DNA of 29,102 bases from a virus (Duplodnaviria > Caudoviricetes): positions 1 through 29,102 of the IMG/VR virus record IMGVR_UViG_3300033067_002086. One strand, 5' to 3'. Numbering within the stretch: position 1 is the first letter of the stretch; each line of letters begins with the position of its first letter. The notes below the pieces were generated by a model. That model saw only the letters and a list, made by a program, of their open reading frames with translations, did not search any database and was not told the DNA's origin. The position numbers and the translations under genes are program-made. This document shows, one piece after another, positions 9,703 through 19,260 of the stretch.

Positions 9703-10112
9703 TATTCGTCAACCACCATTCTTCGAAAGTTTAGTGTCAAGCCCAACGTTCGGCCAGCTTGTTTGTCTTCTGACTCGGTCGGCCACAGCATAACGCACTG
9801 GAATGTATGCCAAATGCGGTTACCACTGCCATCAACAGAGTTTGTCGGCATTCGTATCCACACAACATTGCTGAGGTCTGGGCAGAACGCTCGAAGGGCC
9901 TCAACATCACTATCACTCAAATGATTGAATGTCCATGTTGCCGTTGGATAGCCGAGGCCGATACGAGTTCCACTCATCGTATCCTTGTTAGCTGAGAATG
10001 GAACAAAATCCCATTGCGGCTCTGCTAGCTCGTAAGATAATATATCACCAAGCAAATCGAGGTCGCCTTCAGCTGGGCTGGTCCCAATATAAAATTTATC
10101 GAGGATCGTCAT
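9702..10112 (-). CDS. putative distal tail protein
   Basis: 136 aa, beta-rich, immediately after the tape measure gene. Confidence 0.6.
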   Translation of the reverse strand: MTILDKFYIGTSPAEGDLDLLGDILSYELAEPQWDFVPFSANKDTMSGTRIGLGYPTATWTFNHLSDSDVEALRAFCPDLSNVVWIRMPTNSVDGSGNRIWHTFQCVMLWPTESEDKQAGRTLGLTLNFRRMVVDE

Positions 10113-10120
10113 TCAGACTC

Positions 10121-12394
10121 CTACATCAAAGAACTAAGAACTTCAAACGTGTCACGTTGAAGGTCACGGCGAGTCCTTGCGCTCACACCACCATTTATCC
10201 TGCGGCTATCATTATAAGTAATGCGATTGCCACCGGTTAGCGCAAGACGCATAAGTGCTCCATCTGTCAAGTCAGCACCAAGCGCGCGCTCCAAAGCTCT
10301 GGTCACATTGTTATTGAGAACATATTCACGAGAGTTCTGTTCTGCCAATCGATAGAGGCCCTCAGAAGCAACATAACCGCCAGTGGCCCTAGCACCACTA
10401 ACACTGGACGTTCTGAGTAGTGATGACATTCCAGTTTTATATGAAGCCAAAAATTGATTTAGCTCCAACAACATCCTGTCGTTATAGGCTTTTCGAAGGT
10501 TGCGTTCACCAAGCAGACCAGCATCAATATCACGAAGCTTTTGAACAAGGCCCTGGTAAAGGCGCTGCCGCTCTGCGTTCATCGAGACTTGCAGGTCTCG
10601 AAGCTTCAACAATCTCTGCTCATTGATTTGCCGTCTTTCTTCAGCATAATTGATTGCGGCTTGTTTTCTCTCTTCAGCTGCCTGAGCTTGAATGTCAGCA
10701 ATCTTAGCTTGAAAATCAGCATACCGCTGGGCGCGCTCAGCATTATACTGTATCGTCAACTCTTGCAACCGGCGACCAGTTTCAGCTTTCAGCTGGCGTT
10801 GCTCATCATTGGCATCTTGAATTTTAGCCCTTTCTTCCTCTTTGCGACGCCGAAGTTCTTCATCAATGCCAAGAGCATCACGCTGGTCAATAAGACCACG
10901 CAATCGATTATTGCTCTCACGCTGAAGGTCTTCCAAGTCCTTGCGAAGCTTCTCTTCGATTTTGACTGACTCAATGCCAGCTTCACGAGCAATGTCAGCC
11001 CTCTGCTTATTGAAGTCTTGAAGAGCACGAGCATCTTCGCGTTGGAACGATGAAGTCTCTTTTGCAATCGAGGATGAAAGATTTGAAGCGATTTGCCGAA
11101 GCTTTGCGCTATAGCTCGTAGACGCTTGAGTTAGTGCCCTGCTCGTATCAGTGTTTATTCGTATTCGCTCTTGCGCTGTATCAGCTTCAAGCTTGGCAAT
11201 CCCATCTTTATATTCAGTGAAAGCTGATAGGGCAGCTGACCGAATCTCTGGATTGGCAAGACCATCGAGAGCAGCTTCAACAACTTCACTACTCTTCTTT
11301 ATTGAGGCTGCAGCCTTTATCCACAGCGGAGAATTTTCATCAATAGCACCAGTCAGCTTGCCGATGATAGCCGCAAAAACAGTTGACTTACGCTCAATCT
11401 CCTTCGTATCAAGGTTCGCCCCAAGAAGGTTTGCTAGAGGACCAAGTACCCTATTGCCAACTTCAAAAGCAGACCCTGTGGCAAACTGGGCAGCCCTGGG
11501 CAATCCACCAAAGCCAAGCAAATTCTTCTTTACTAGTGTGTCATAAGCCTTTACGCCAATAGCAAGACCGCCAAACGCAGCGAGAAGAACTCCAGCCGCT
11601 GAGGCCAAGCCAGCGAGAGTTCCGCCTGCACCAAACAGACCTGCAATTTTTGCATTACTAAACAGGGATGAAAGGCCACTGCCAATTCCCTGCTTTCCCA
11701 TTGTTCCTGCTGCAAGCAGTTGTTTATTAGCTGCCATATCCATCAACTTGCCAGCGGTGAGTTGTGCTGTTGATGCGGCAATGGTTCCAACGTCTGCAAT
11801 AAAGCGAACACCCTGTGACAACAACATTCCCATAACGCCGACGCCAGCGGTTATGAGGCCAACATTTAGAGCAGCTTTGACTAGTGATGGGTTTGTTTCG
11901 ACAAATGATGCGATCTTGCGAGCAATGTCTGCGGCTGTTCGAAGAGCAGGAAGAGCCTCTTTCGCGAAGACAGCGCCAATCCTTGATTTGGCCGAGGCAA
12001 TTTTATCAAGCTCTTTGTTCCATGCGACTGTTGTAGTTGTAGCAACCTTCGCATCTTTGACATATGAGTTCGCTAGTGCGAAGATGCCCGCCACCGCGCC
12101 AGCACCGCCAGCAAACAATCCCCTACTTATTTGCCCCAAACTTGAGGCTATATTTCGAAGCCTCTCAAGATTTTGCCGCGTTTGCTTTATTGAGACATCA
12201 AGCCTTGAGAATGTTCTTTGCATTTCAGCCCCAGCTTCTTTCGCTGAAAGCGGAATATGCTTCATTGTCTCATTGATGGCTGCCAACTCTTTATCAATGG
12301 TGCTTACGCCCTCGGCTACGCGCGTGGTGGCAGCTTCGTCATTGATGAACGAAAGGTACACATTCATCCTGTAATTGTCTGAGCCGAGGGCCAT
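10121..12394 (-). CDS. tape measure protein
   Basis: 757 aa, Ala/Gly-rich hydrophobic middle and long coiled coil; follows the frameshifted chaperone; GARATGGYV C-terminal motif. Confidence 0.88.
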   Translation of the reverse strand: MALGSDNYRMNVYLSFINDEAATTRVAEGVSTIDKELAAINETMKHIPLSAKEAGAEMQRTFSRLDVSIKQTRQNLERLRNIASSLGQISRGLFAGGAGAVAGIFALANSYVKDAKVATTTTVAWNKELDKIASAKSRIGAVFAKEALPALRTAADIARKIASFVETNPSLVKAALNVGLITAGVGVMGMLLSQGVRFIADVGTIAASTAQLTAGKLMDMAANKQLLAAGTMGKQGIGSGLSSLFSNAKIAGLFGAGGTLAGLASAAGVLLAAFGGLAIGVKAYDTLVKKNLLGFGGLPRAAQFATGSAFEVGNRVLGPLANLLGANLDTKEIERKSTVFAAIIGKLTGAIDENSPLWIKAAASIKKSSEVVEAALDGLANPEIRSAALSAFTEYKDGIAKLEADTAQERIRINTDTSRALTQASTSYSAKLRQIASNLSSSIAKETSSFQREDARALQDFNKQRADIAREAGIESVKIEEKLRKDLEDLQRESNNRLRGLIDQRDALGIDEELRRRKEEERAKIQDANDEQRQLKAETGRRLQELTIQYNAERAQRYADFQAKIADIQAQAAEERKQAAINYAEERRQINEQRLLKLRDLQVSMNAERQRLYQGLVQKLRDIDAGLLGERNLRKAYNDRMLLELNQFLASYKTGMSSLLRTSSVSGARATGGYVASEGLYRLAEQNSREYVLNNNVTRALERALGADLTDGALMRLALTGGNRITYNDSRRINGGVSARTRRDLQRDTFEVLSSLM

Positions 12395-12408
12395 TTGCTT
12401 ATTTGTCC

Positions 12409-12705
12409 TTATTTGTTGTTGAATTTCTCTTGTTCATCTTTCAATTTCTTGGCTTCGATGAGAGACTTTAGAGCATCTAACTCAAAGAACGTCTCTAACA
12501 TTTCATACGGTAGCGATAGTGCTGCTATAAATTCTGTTGGCCGCTTTCCCACGCGGCTCCACAAAAGCCAAAAATCGAACCACCGATCAACTTGTTCTGG
12601 CGTTACTGAAATTGTGTCGGGAAGATCGAATGTTGCATCTCCCTTCCCGACAATTCCAATCAGTTTAGAGTAGAGATTGCTGGTGGCTACTCTTACGCGT
12701 TTTTT
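12409..12705 (-). CDS. tail assembly chaperone C-terminal extension (gpGT-like), reached by -1 frameshift
   Basis: Open -1 frame RVRVATSNLY...QEKFNNK* from slippery A_AAA_AAC (12705-12699) to TAA at 12411-12409; absent from the ORF track. Confidence 0.85.
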   Translation of the reverse strand, partial: KKRVRVATSNLYSKLIGIVGKGDATFDLPDTISVTPEQVDRWFDFWLLWSRVGKRPTEFIAALSLPYEMLETFFELDALKSLIEAKKLKDEQEKFNNK

Positions 12706-13094
12706 GCTTCATCAAGTGTTACTGCGCCGAGGGCGACCTTGTTGAGACCTTCGAACCATTGAGGGTTGAGGCTCTCGGCAACAGCGAAGACTTTTTCAAT
12801 TTCAGCCATTGGCCAAGTATACATTTCATCGGCTGATGGAACTTCCTTATCGACCACGGCAGCGGCGATCTTTGGGTAGAAGAAGAGGTCGAAGATAATG
12901 CGAGCATTATCCAAAGACGTTATCTCTTTGCCCTCAGTGAACTCTTCTGCGTGGGCAGCTTTCATTTCATTCTCAATTTCAGTTAGCCTCAAGGACATCG
13001 GGAATGTCGCTTGAGACAACGTGATTGAGATACCATCAGCCAATGAAATGGTCTCAGTTTTTGGTTGCAGCGTAATCGGTCGTTTTGTAGCCAT
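12693..13094 (-). CDS. tail assembly chaperone (gpG-like)
   Basis: GGAG RBS before MATKRP; located between tail tube and tape measure; ends at the slippery site. Confidence 0.85.
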   Translation of the reverse strand: MATKRPITLQPKTETISLADGISITLSQATFPMSLRLTEIENEMKAAHAEEFTEGKEITSLDNARIIFDLFFYPKIAAAVVDKEVPSADEMYTWPMAEIEKVFAVAESLNPQWFEGLNKVALGAVTLDEAKNA

Positions 13095-13113
13095 TACTCC
13101 TTGCTTTCTACGC

Positions 13114-13923
13114 TTACGATGGCGTATACTCATACAGGGACACGATGATGTCGCCGCTGGTGGGTGCTACACCGAACGTCACATCATCAGTTTGCTTGGT
13201 GATGTCTCCGCCAGTGACTTCAACGCCGTCAGTGGCATTGAACACGTTGATTTTGCCGGCTGAAACAGCTTGCTTCGCAGCGGGAAAATCGAAGTCAACA
13301 GCAGAGCCGTTACCCTTCCAGGCAACAACGTTCAAGCGATTTTCGCTCATGGCTTCAAGCAGTGCGAATTCAGTAATGCCCCCGGAAGCTGCGACGCCCC
13401 ACAAGTGAGTGCCAGTCGGGCTGACCGAGACATCATACTTCACTTCAAGTGCGTTCTCATTGAAGCTGGCGGGCGAGAAGACGAGGCGAGCTTTCGGAAT
13501 GATAATGGTTCGCCATGCGGCGACGCCATTCTCATTGTGGCCATATTGCTGGAGCAGGAGGGCCACATCAACTTCACTGCCCTGCAGGTCGGTCATCAGG
13601 GGCGTGAGCGTCACGTCACCGATGTCAAGCGAAGAGAGCCCGGCTGCAGCGGCAATCAGAGCATGCTGCGCATAGCCGACCCTCAATTCACCGGTGACCG
13701 GGTCAGTGGGCGGCAAGAAAATCGAATCGCGCACGCGGTCATTTCCGCTGTTCGTGATCCGACGCGACTGCGGGACGGTTAGGTCAAAAGCGCGAGGGCC
13801 TTCAACTTCAATCCCTTCATAGACGGTCGTCGAGGATGCGGCAGGGAAGCCATCGGTTCCCAAAAGATAAACCACAGCTCGACGGAGGCCGACTCCCCAA
13901 AACGTTCCAGTTGCTTGTGTCAT
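13114..13923 (-). CDS. major tail tube protein
   Basis: 269 aa, strong AAGGAG RBS, high-GC codon usage, beta-rich, directly upstream of the chaperone. Confidence 0.8.
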   Translation of the reverse strand: MTQATGTFWGVGLRRAVVYLLGTDGFPAASSTTVYEGIEVEGPRAFDLTVPQSRRITNSGNDRVRDSIFLPPTDPVTGELRVGYAQHALIAAAAGLSSLDIGDVTLTPLMTDLQGSEVDVALLLQQYGHNENGVAAWRTIIIPKARLVFSPASFNENALEVKYDVSVSPTGTHLWGVAASGGITEFALLEAMSENRLNVVAWKGNGSAVDFDFPAAKQAVSAGKINVFNATDGVEVTGGDITKQTDDVTFGVAPTSGDIIVSLYEYTPS

Positions 13924-13938
13924 GTGTTCTTTCTCCTT

Positions 13939-14430
13939 TTATTGCGAAAGCCATGAGCGGCGTATTCGCTGCCGAACTGTGACGAGCAGTTCTTGGTAAA
14001 TGAAATTTGGTTCTGCGTTAGCATCGTCCTCGTCATACGATAGTGCAAGTGGTTGAGGTTCGGAGGTACTCTCAATCGTTGAGTCAACAACTCCGACAAT
14101 ATCGCCAAGTGTTCTGTTTGCGAGGATTGCCCTCGTCACAGCCCACCGAAAACCCTTGAAGTCTTCCCATGCAGTTTCAAACTCAGTAAATTGTGAAAAC
14201 AGCTCCACAACAACTTGCCAATCAAAGATAACGACATCATCGCCTTCAGTGATAGAAGGGAATTGCCCTGGGCGAATGAAAGCAAAGAATGAGCCGCCCA
14301 TCTGAAGGCCAACTTGTGAGTTGCTAATTTGCCATTCTTGAGGGCAATAATCAGATAAAATTGTTGCATCAGTTGACAGTACCGCTGTCACCGCATTCTC
14401 ACATAAAGTATAGTAATCTGGAACTGACAC
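13939..14430 (-). CDS. putative tail terminator/completion protein
   Basis: 163 aa acidic protein directly before the tail tube; NRTLGDIV motif; GTG start. Confidence 0.6.
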   Translation of the reverse strand: MSVPDYYTLCENAVTAVLSTDATILSDYCPQEWQISNSQVGLQMGGSFFAFIRPGQFPSITEGDDVVIFDWQVVVELFSQFTEFETAWEDFKGFRWAVTRAILANRTLGDIVGVVDSTIESTSEPQPLALSYDEDDANAEPNFIYQELLVTVRQRIRRSWLSQ

Positions 14431-14897
14431 TATCGGCTCCTTAGCTTTTTATTCATCGTATCTCTCATAGTTCTGCGAATGAGAGTGGGTAATTTCTTTA
14501 TTTCGCGTTCAGCTTCAACCGCTAAAACTGGCCATCGACCAGCAACAACCTTTGACTGAATTCCTTTTCTGTTGCCAGCAACATACTTCGCACCGGGATA
14601 ATCATTCACAACATCATAGCGACCTTCACGACCAGTAACCTTCCATCCTTTTATGTATGCTCCTTTAGAGCGATGCGGGATGCCACCGCCAAAGCCTCTT
14701 GAAGCAAAGAACGCTTTCATCTGAATAACACTATCCCATGTGATTGGATAACGAACGCGTTTTCCCTTTTTCTTCATCCTCTTCACAATAGCTAGAGCGA
14801 CTGACTTCAAATCTTTATTTGCTGGTTTTGGCAACGCCTTTGGAAGGGACTTTAGTCGCTCTCTAACCAGTCGTACGTTTGATGAGACTAAAAACAT
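14430..14897 (-). CDS. putative neck protein (HK97 gp10-like)
   Basis: 155 aa basic protein; R-x-G-x-Y..GW...N..P-x-A-x-YV pattern; position in the connector block. Confidence 0.6.
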   Translation of the reverse strand: MFLVSSNVRLVRERLKSLPKALPKPANKDLKSVALAIVKRMKKKGKRVRYPITWDSVIQMKAFFASRGFGGGIPHRSKGAYIKGWKVTGREGRYDVVNDYPGAKYVAGNRKGIQSKVVAGRWPVLAVEAEREIKKLPTLIRRTMRDTMNKKLRSR

Positions 14898-15334
14898 TAT
14901 TCGTCCAAAAGATCGCGCTGTCGCTCTGGTCTGTACGTGTAAAAGATGTTGGGCGATCCGGCTGTTTGAACTCGAGGAACGCCAAGAATTTCAAGAGCCA
15001 AAGCGTTTGCTTTACACCAAGCTTCAATATCCTCAAGAACAACAGAAAGAACTGAGTTTCCAGTCTGTATCTTCTTTTGTGAGTACCGGCCAGATGAATT
15101 TGCAGAATGAACGAGGTCAGCAACAAGACCATTTACAAAAAGATCGATTGAGGATACTGCGGCTGCCAGCGTTACCGGCACGGTGAAGCCATAATTTGCC
15201 AAACAGATATCAAATTGATTGGAGACTTGAGTTAGCCAGTCTTCGACGGTCGCCTCAACAGGGTTCTTTGTGAACTCACCATTTACGGTCCACATTGTAG
15301 CCAGTTGAGCAACACCATCTACACTACCATACAT
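14897..15334 (-). CDS. putative head-tail adaptor
   Basis: 145 aa, first gene after the capsid; MYGSVDGV start and YGFTVPV motif. Confidence 0.65.
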   Translation of the reverse strand: MYGSVDGVAQLATMWTVNGEFTKNPVEATVEDWLTQVSNQFDICLANYGFTVPVTLAAAVSSIDLFVNGLVADLVHSANSSGRYSQKKIQTGNSVLSVVLEDIEAWCKANALALEILGVPRVQTAGSPNIFYTYRPERQRDLLDE

Positions 15335-15362
15335 ATTATTAGTCTCCTGTTAGGATGATTGA

Positions 15363-15399
15363 AATAGGGCCGCCGCCTTTGACTGGTGGCGGCCCTATT
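15363..15399 (-). terminator. hairpin / terminator after the major capsid gene
   Basis: AATAGGGCCGCC...GGCGGCCCTATT perfect 12-bp stem. Confidence 0.75.
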
Positions 15400-15440
15400 C
15401 CTCTTAACGACCTTTCGAATTTGGCGCTCGGTGGCGCGGG

Positions 15441-16556
15441 TTACGAAATGGTCGGTGTCGCGTAATCGCCGCTCGAATCGTTCTCAACAGCAACGGTCAT
15501 AACGCGGGCTTCGCCCACGCCGACGCCGCTCTTGATTTGGCCAATTGCGCCATACAGCGGGAAGCGTGACACGAACTGCGTCACCAACTTGACGCCGAAC
15601 CCGAATTGAGGGTCGTAACGCACGCGCAAGGGATTGCGCTGGTCATTGGCGCCGAACGTTTTGGTGATAGCCCAGTAGCCGGTCGGGATTCGACCATTGG
15701 CATACAGGCGAGCAGGTCCATACTTCGTGGTCACAACGCCCTGATAGATTTGGTCATCCACAGTAGCGAGGCTCGTATCGGAACCATACGAAACAAAGGC
15801 GTTCGAGTTCTTCACAAAGCCGGTGACGTTGGAGGTGTTCTGCCAGGAGCTGAGGTCCGCGAGAGCAACAATCAGCTCATAGGGGCCATCAATGCCGTGC
15901 TCCCAGAGATGACCGATGGCAGTCTCGAGGTTGGCTTGCGTAATGCCATTCAGCCGCAGGTAGTGGTCGTGAGCAGAAGTGAAAGCATTGAGCATCCGCG
16001 CGGGATTGGGCGTCGGGACGAAAGCAATGGTGCCATTGCCGCCATCAGCGAAGGGCACCGAAATGCCGCTTGAGCCCAGGCCGTTGGCTTTGCCGCTTTC
16101 CTCTTCCATCTTGAAGAGCCGGGTGAAAATGGATTTTTCGAACCAGTTGACTGCATCCTCAATCATGGAGGCGATGTCGGCATCGAGCTGTGCCGAGCGA
16201 GCTTCCTCCAAGAAGTCAGCAGTCCAGCCGAGGGCGCGATCGGACTTGCGAATCGGCAGCATGTGGCCGGTCACTGCCGCGCGCTTGGCATCGGGGTTCG
16301 TATATTCAGTGTGGTCTTCAAACCCGTTCGAGACGCCAGAGCGGTACTCGACTGTGGGTTCATCAGTGAGCGAAACGAGCCCGCCCAGATAACCATTGAG
16401 AAGCGAAGAGTTGACTGCGCCGAGAGCGGCATCAATATCAGCAATCATCTCCTCGTAAGTCTTTCCGTCGCGCAGAGCCAGCAGCTTGAGAGCGGCCGTA
16501 TCCCACGCTGACGGGAGCGAAACGTTTTTGAGGTCGTTAGGACCAAGTTGAGACAT
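15441..16556 (-). CDS. major capsid protein
   Basis: 371 aa, AAGGAGG RBS, high-GC codons, follows scaffold and decoration genes, followed by a terminator. Confidence 0.8.
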   Translation of the reverse strand: MSQLGPNDLKNVSLPSAWDTAALKLLALRDGKTYEEMIADIDAALGAVNSSLLNGYLGGLVSLTDEPTVEYRSGVSNGFEDHTEYTNPDAKRAAVTGHMLPIRKSDRALGWTADFLEEARSAQLDADIASMIEDAVNWFEKSIFTRLFKMEEESGKANGLGSSGISVPFADGGNGTIAFVPTPNPARMLNAFTSAHDHYLRLNGITQANLETAIGHLWEHGIDGPYELIVALADLSSWQNTSNVTGFVKNSNAFVSYGSDTSLATVDDQIYQGVVTTKYGPARLYANGRIPTGYWAITKTFGANDQRNPLRVRYDPQFGFGVKLVTQFVSRFPLYGAIGQIKSGVGVGEARVMTVAVENDSSGDYATPTIS

Positions 16557-16587
16557 TATTGCGTTCCTCCTTTAGTGTGAGATTGGT

Positions 16588-17013
16588 CTAGCTGTTGACA
16601 ACAGGCAGAGTGTTCTGCGGGTCAACGAAGAAGATCGAGGCGGACTCAGCCCAGCCGATTACACAGGGGTAATCACCCGCCGTAGCAGGTTTGGTCTGGT
16701 CCATGTCACCTGCGGTCGTTGAGGCATAAGCCAACCCGCCGGGCGTCATGCTGGTGAACCCTTCAACGGGTCCGAAGACGCAGATGTCAACAGCTTCGCC
16801 AGCGGCATAAGAACTGCCTCCGTGCCCACCGCCAACCACAATGCCCTTGCCCTGCGAAGACGCCAAAGCGTCAGCATCAGCAAGCTTCCAGCCGTTAGCG
16901 CCATCCAAATAGACCACCTGGCCGGGGGTCAAGGTTGCGCCAGCGACACCGCGCCGAGTAATCGCGCCATTGAGAGGGCGAATATCAGCAACTGTAAAAT
17001 CGATGTCAGCCAT
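16588..17013 (-). CDS. capsid decoration/cement protein
   Basis: 141 aa Gly/Ala-rich; AGATLTPGQVVY..WKLADAD pattern; adjacent to the capsid gene. Confidence 0.65.
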   Translation of the reverse strand: MADIDFTVADIRPLNGAITRRGVAGATLTPGQVVYLDGANGWKLADADALASSQGKGIVVGGGHGGSSYAAGEAVDICVFGPVEGFTSMTPGGLAYASTTAGDMDQTKPATAGDYPCVIGWAESASIFFVDPQNTLPVVNS

Positions 17014-17032
17014 GTTATTATTCTCCTTTTAG

Positions 17033-17653
17033 TTATACGTGAGGTATCCTGAACCTTCGCCGCAGGCCTTCAAGCCTCTTCTTCTCGTCCTCATCTTTCT
17101 TTTTGCGAGAAGTGGCGCTTTCACCCTGTACTTCTGCATCGGGCACTTTTGAGACTTGCCGTTGCCGAAACAAAAACGGCGAACTTTTCATGACCGCGGC
17201 TACCATATCTGTGACCTTTTCCTCTTCAGCATCATCACCAATCGTAACGAGCTTTGAGATTGAGTCAGCAGCCCCATCTGCGAAGATTAGGTTTTCATCA
17301 ACCATTCGGCGCATGAGTGTCGCCGTAAAGGCATGTGAAACGGCCTTTTTCTTCAGCTCAGCCGCGGTCTTCTGCAAATTCAGGCCGGCCTCCTCGAGGC
17401 TACTCACCCGTGACTGGAGTTCGGCAGTCTTGTTCGCCTTCTTTTCTTCTTCAAGAGCTTTTTCGATCGACTTCCTTGAGTCTCTCTCGGAAGTAAGAGC
17501 TTTCTTCAATCCGGCAACGGAGCCCGCGATTTTGGTTCTCAAATCCTCAGGCTGTTCTGAAAGCCAAGCATCGAGATCGAAAGCATCTTGCTTGTTCCCT
17601 CCATCGGTAGGCGTCTCGCCATCCGTGGTTTGGGTCGTGGTATCATCAGACAT
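17033..17653 (-). CDS. head scaffolding protein
   Basis: Acidic N-terminus, GLKKALTSER coiled coil, PFLF motif, basic tail; between portal and capsid. Confidence 0.75.
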   Translation of the reverse strand: MSDDTTTQTTDGETPTDGGNKQDAFDLDAWLSEQPEDLRTKIAGSVAGLKKALTSERDSRKSIEKALEEEKKANKTAELQSRVSSLEEAGLNLQKTAAELKKKAVSHAFTATLMRRMVDENLIFADGAADSISKLVTIGDDAEEEKVTDMVAAVMKSSPFLFRQRQVSKVPDAEVQGESATSRKKKDEDEKKRLEGLRRRFRIPHV

Positions 17654-17704
17654 CGGAATCTCTCCTTTCAGATTGTCCTACGTGAACACAAGAGCCTATT
17701 ATAG

Positions 17705-19249
17705 TTATTTGCTTGCATTTTGGGACGCCAAATCCTGGGTATCTGGAGTTGGCGGCTCTGTAACGATGAAAGAAGCAATCTCTTTTTCAGTCAGCCCGAC
17801 GGCCAAAAGCAGTGGCTTCGGGTCTACATTCGCAGCAGTCGCTTTGGAGACAATATCCAGAACGCTTGAATAAAGCTCAAGCTTATACTGCGTCGTTGAC
17901 TTTATTTTCCGAAGTTCCTCATCATTGTAGCCAACTTCCTGCCACAACAATTCCTGCGGAACGCCGAGTGACTGTTTCAGTGAAATATCATCACCAGTAT
18001 CAGCATGTCGCCAAACAGTTGAAACTGTTGTGTCACTGTCAATTTGATTTGGGCTAAGTGCGTTGTAGACTGCAGCAGCAGTAAGGATGGCCCGTTCCCA
18101 TTTGGCCCCAAACAGTGACCGCTTCAGTTTTGTCTTTCGTTTGAATGGCTTTTCCTGGTCTTTCAATGTCTCAGAACTTGCCACTTGCCCAGTCATGATG
18201 AAATGATTTACAGGAATGGCAGCCAGTTGAGCCGTCATCAAAACGAACTCCTTCAAGCTATCCATTAGCGCTCTTGTGTCAGCACCATCAACAACCTGAA
18301 CATCGGCTTCCGTTCGGCTTTTTGTTGTGCCGTTCACTTGGCCTGGACCCATGCGAATGATGTTTGAACGATCAGCATTTGGCTCTTGACCATCAATAGT
18401 CGGGAAGAAGCCATATGCAAAATACATCCTAAATGCCGTGAGGTCATTTGCTGATACGATATCAATCAAAGTTTTAGTAATTACGTCCTGCATTGGGACG
18501 ATGTCACTCAACTCACTCGTCTCATCTTCATTTATGAAGTCAACAACCGGAATGCCAATTGGTGAACCATCTGCGTTGACCCATGAAATAGGCCACTGTG
18601 GGAATGCGCTGTCAATGAAAGGCTCCCACTCGCCATCAATCATAACGAAGCGCTCGATGCGGTCTTCATAATAGACAGTGCGACGCTTCACAAAAACCGT
18701 TTCATCGTCAATGATTGTTGCTTCATTCCACATCTTTGCAGCAGCAACAAGTGGTTGGGTTACATCATTGTTCAGATAGAGTGGGAATATTCCCTCACCA
18801 GTGCCACCAGCCTCTTCACTCAAGTAAAGCTTTGCGTGTCGGAAGATGGGCATTCCAGTGGCAGCATCAAAATCAACGACAATAAATGAGTATCCATCGA
18901 TGAGCGTCCACTTGTGAACCCTATTTTGAAGAGATGAAAATGCGCTGCCACTCGTCAGTTTTGCAATCCAACTGTCGAAAGAGCGCTCAGCATCAAAATT
19001 TTCACCAGTTTCGAAGTTGACTATATCAAGCTCATTAGCAATCGAGCTGACAACTGTCTTGCACACATTGAAACGAAAAGGAGAGATGTCATCATGTGAC
19101 TGCAAAAATTCCGACAGTCGGTCATCAATTCCGTCAAGGTAGTGGTTACCTTGATAGTAGTCACGGAACAGTTTGACAGTCCGCTGAACCTCCTCTTTGT
19201 CAAAAATATAGGCATCAATAACAGCGTTGCTAATCGATGGAATGGTCAT
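17705..19249 (-). CDS. portal protein (SPP1 gp6-like)
   Basis: 514 aa after TerL; YYQGNH, FNVCKTVV, GIPVVDFIN, SELSDIVPMQD, ASSETLK. Confidence 0.88.
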   Translation of the reverse strand: MTIPSISNAVIDAYIFDKEEVQRTVKLFRDYYQGNHYLDGIDDRLSEFLQSHDDISPFRFNVCKTVVSSIANELDIVNFETGENFDAERSFDSWIAKLTSGSAFSSLQNRVHKWTLIDGYSFIVVDFDAATGMPIFRHAKLYLSEEAGGTGEGIFPLYLNNDVTQPLVAAAKMWNEATIIDDETVFVKRRTVYYEDRIERFVMIDGEWEPFIDSAFPQWPISWVNADGSPIGIPVVDFINEDETSELSDIVPMQDVITKTLIDIVSANDLTAFRMYFAYGFFPTIDGQEPNADRSNIIRMGPGQVNGTTKSRTEADVQVVDGADTRALMDSLKEFVLMTAQLAAIPVNHFIMTGQVASSETLKDQEKPFKRKTKLKRSLFGAKWERAILTAAAVYNALSPNQIDSDTTVSTVWRHADTGDDISLKQSLGVPQELLWQEVGYNDEELRKIKSTTQYKLELYSSVLDIVSKATAANVDPKPLLLAVGLTEKEIASFIVTEPPTPDTQDLASQNASK

Positions 19250-19260
19250 GAGTATTTCTC

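Noticed and set aside
17103-17873. Long antisense ORFs over structural genes (also 11748-12374 and 13270-13782)
   Set aside because: Shadow frames of well-supported minus-strand genes
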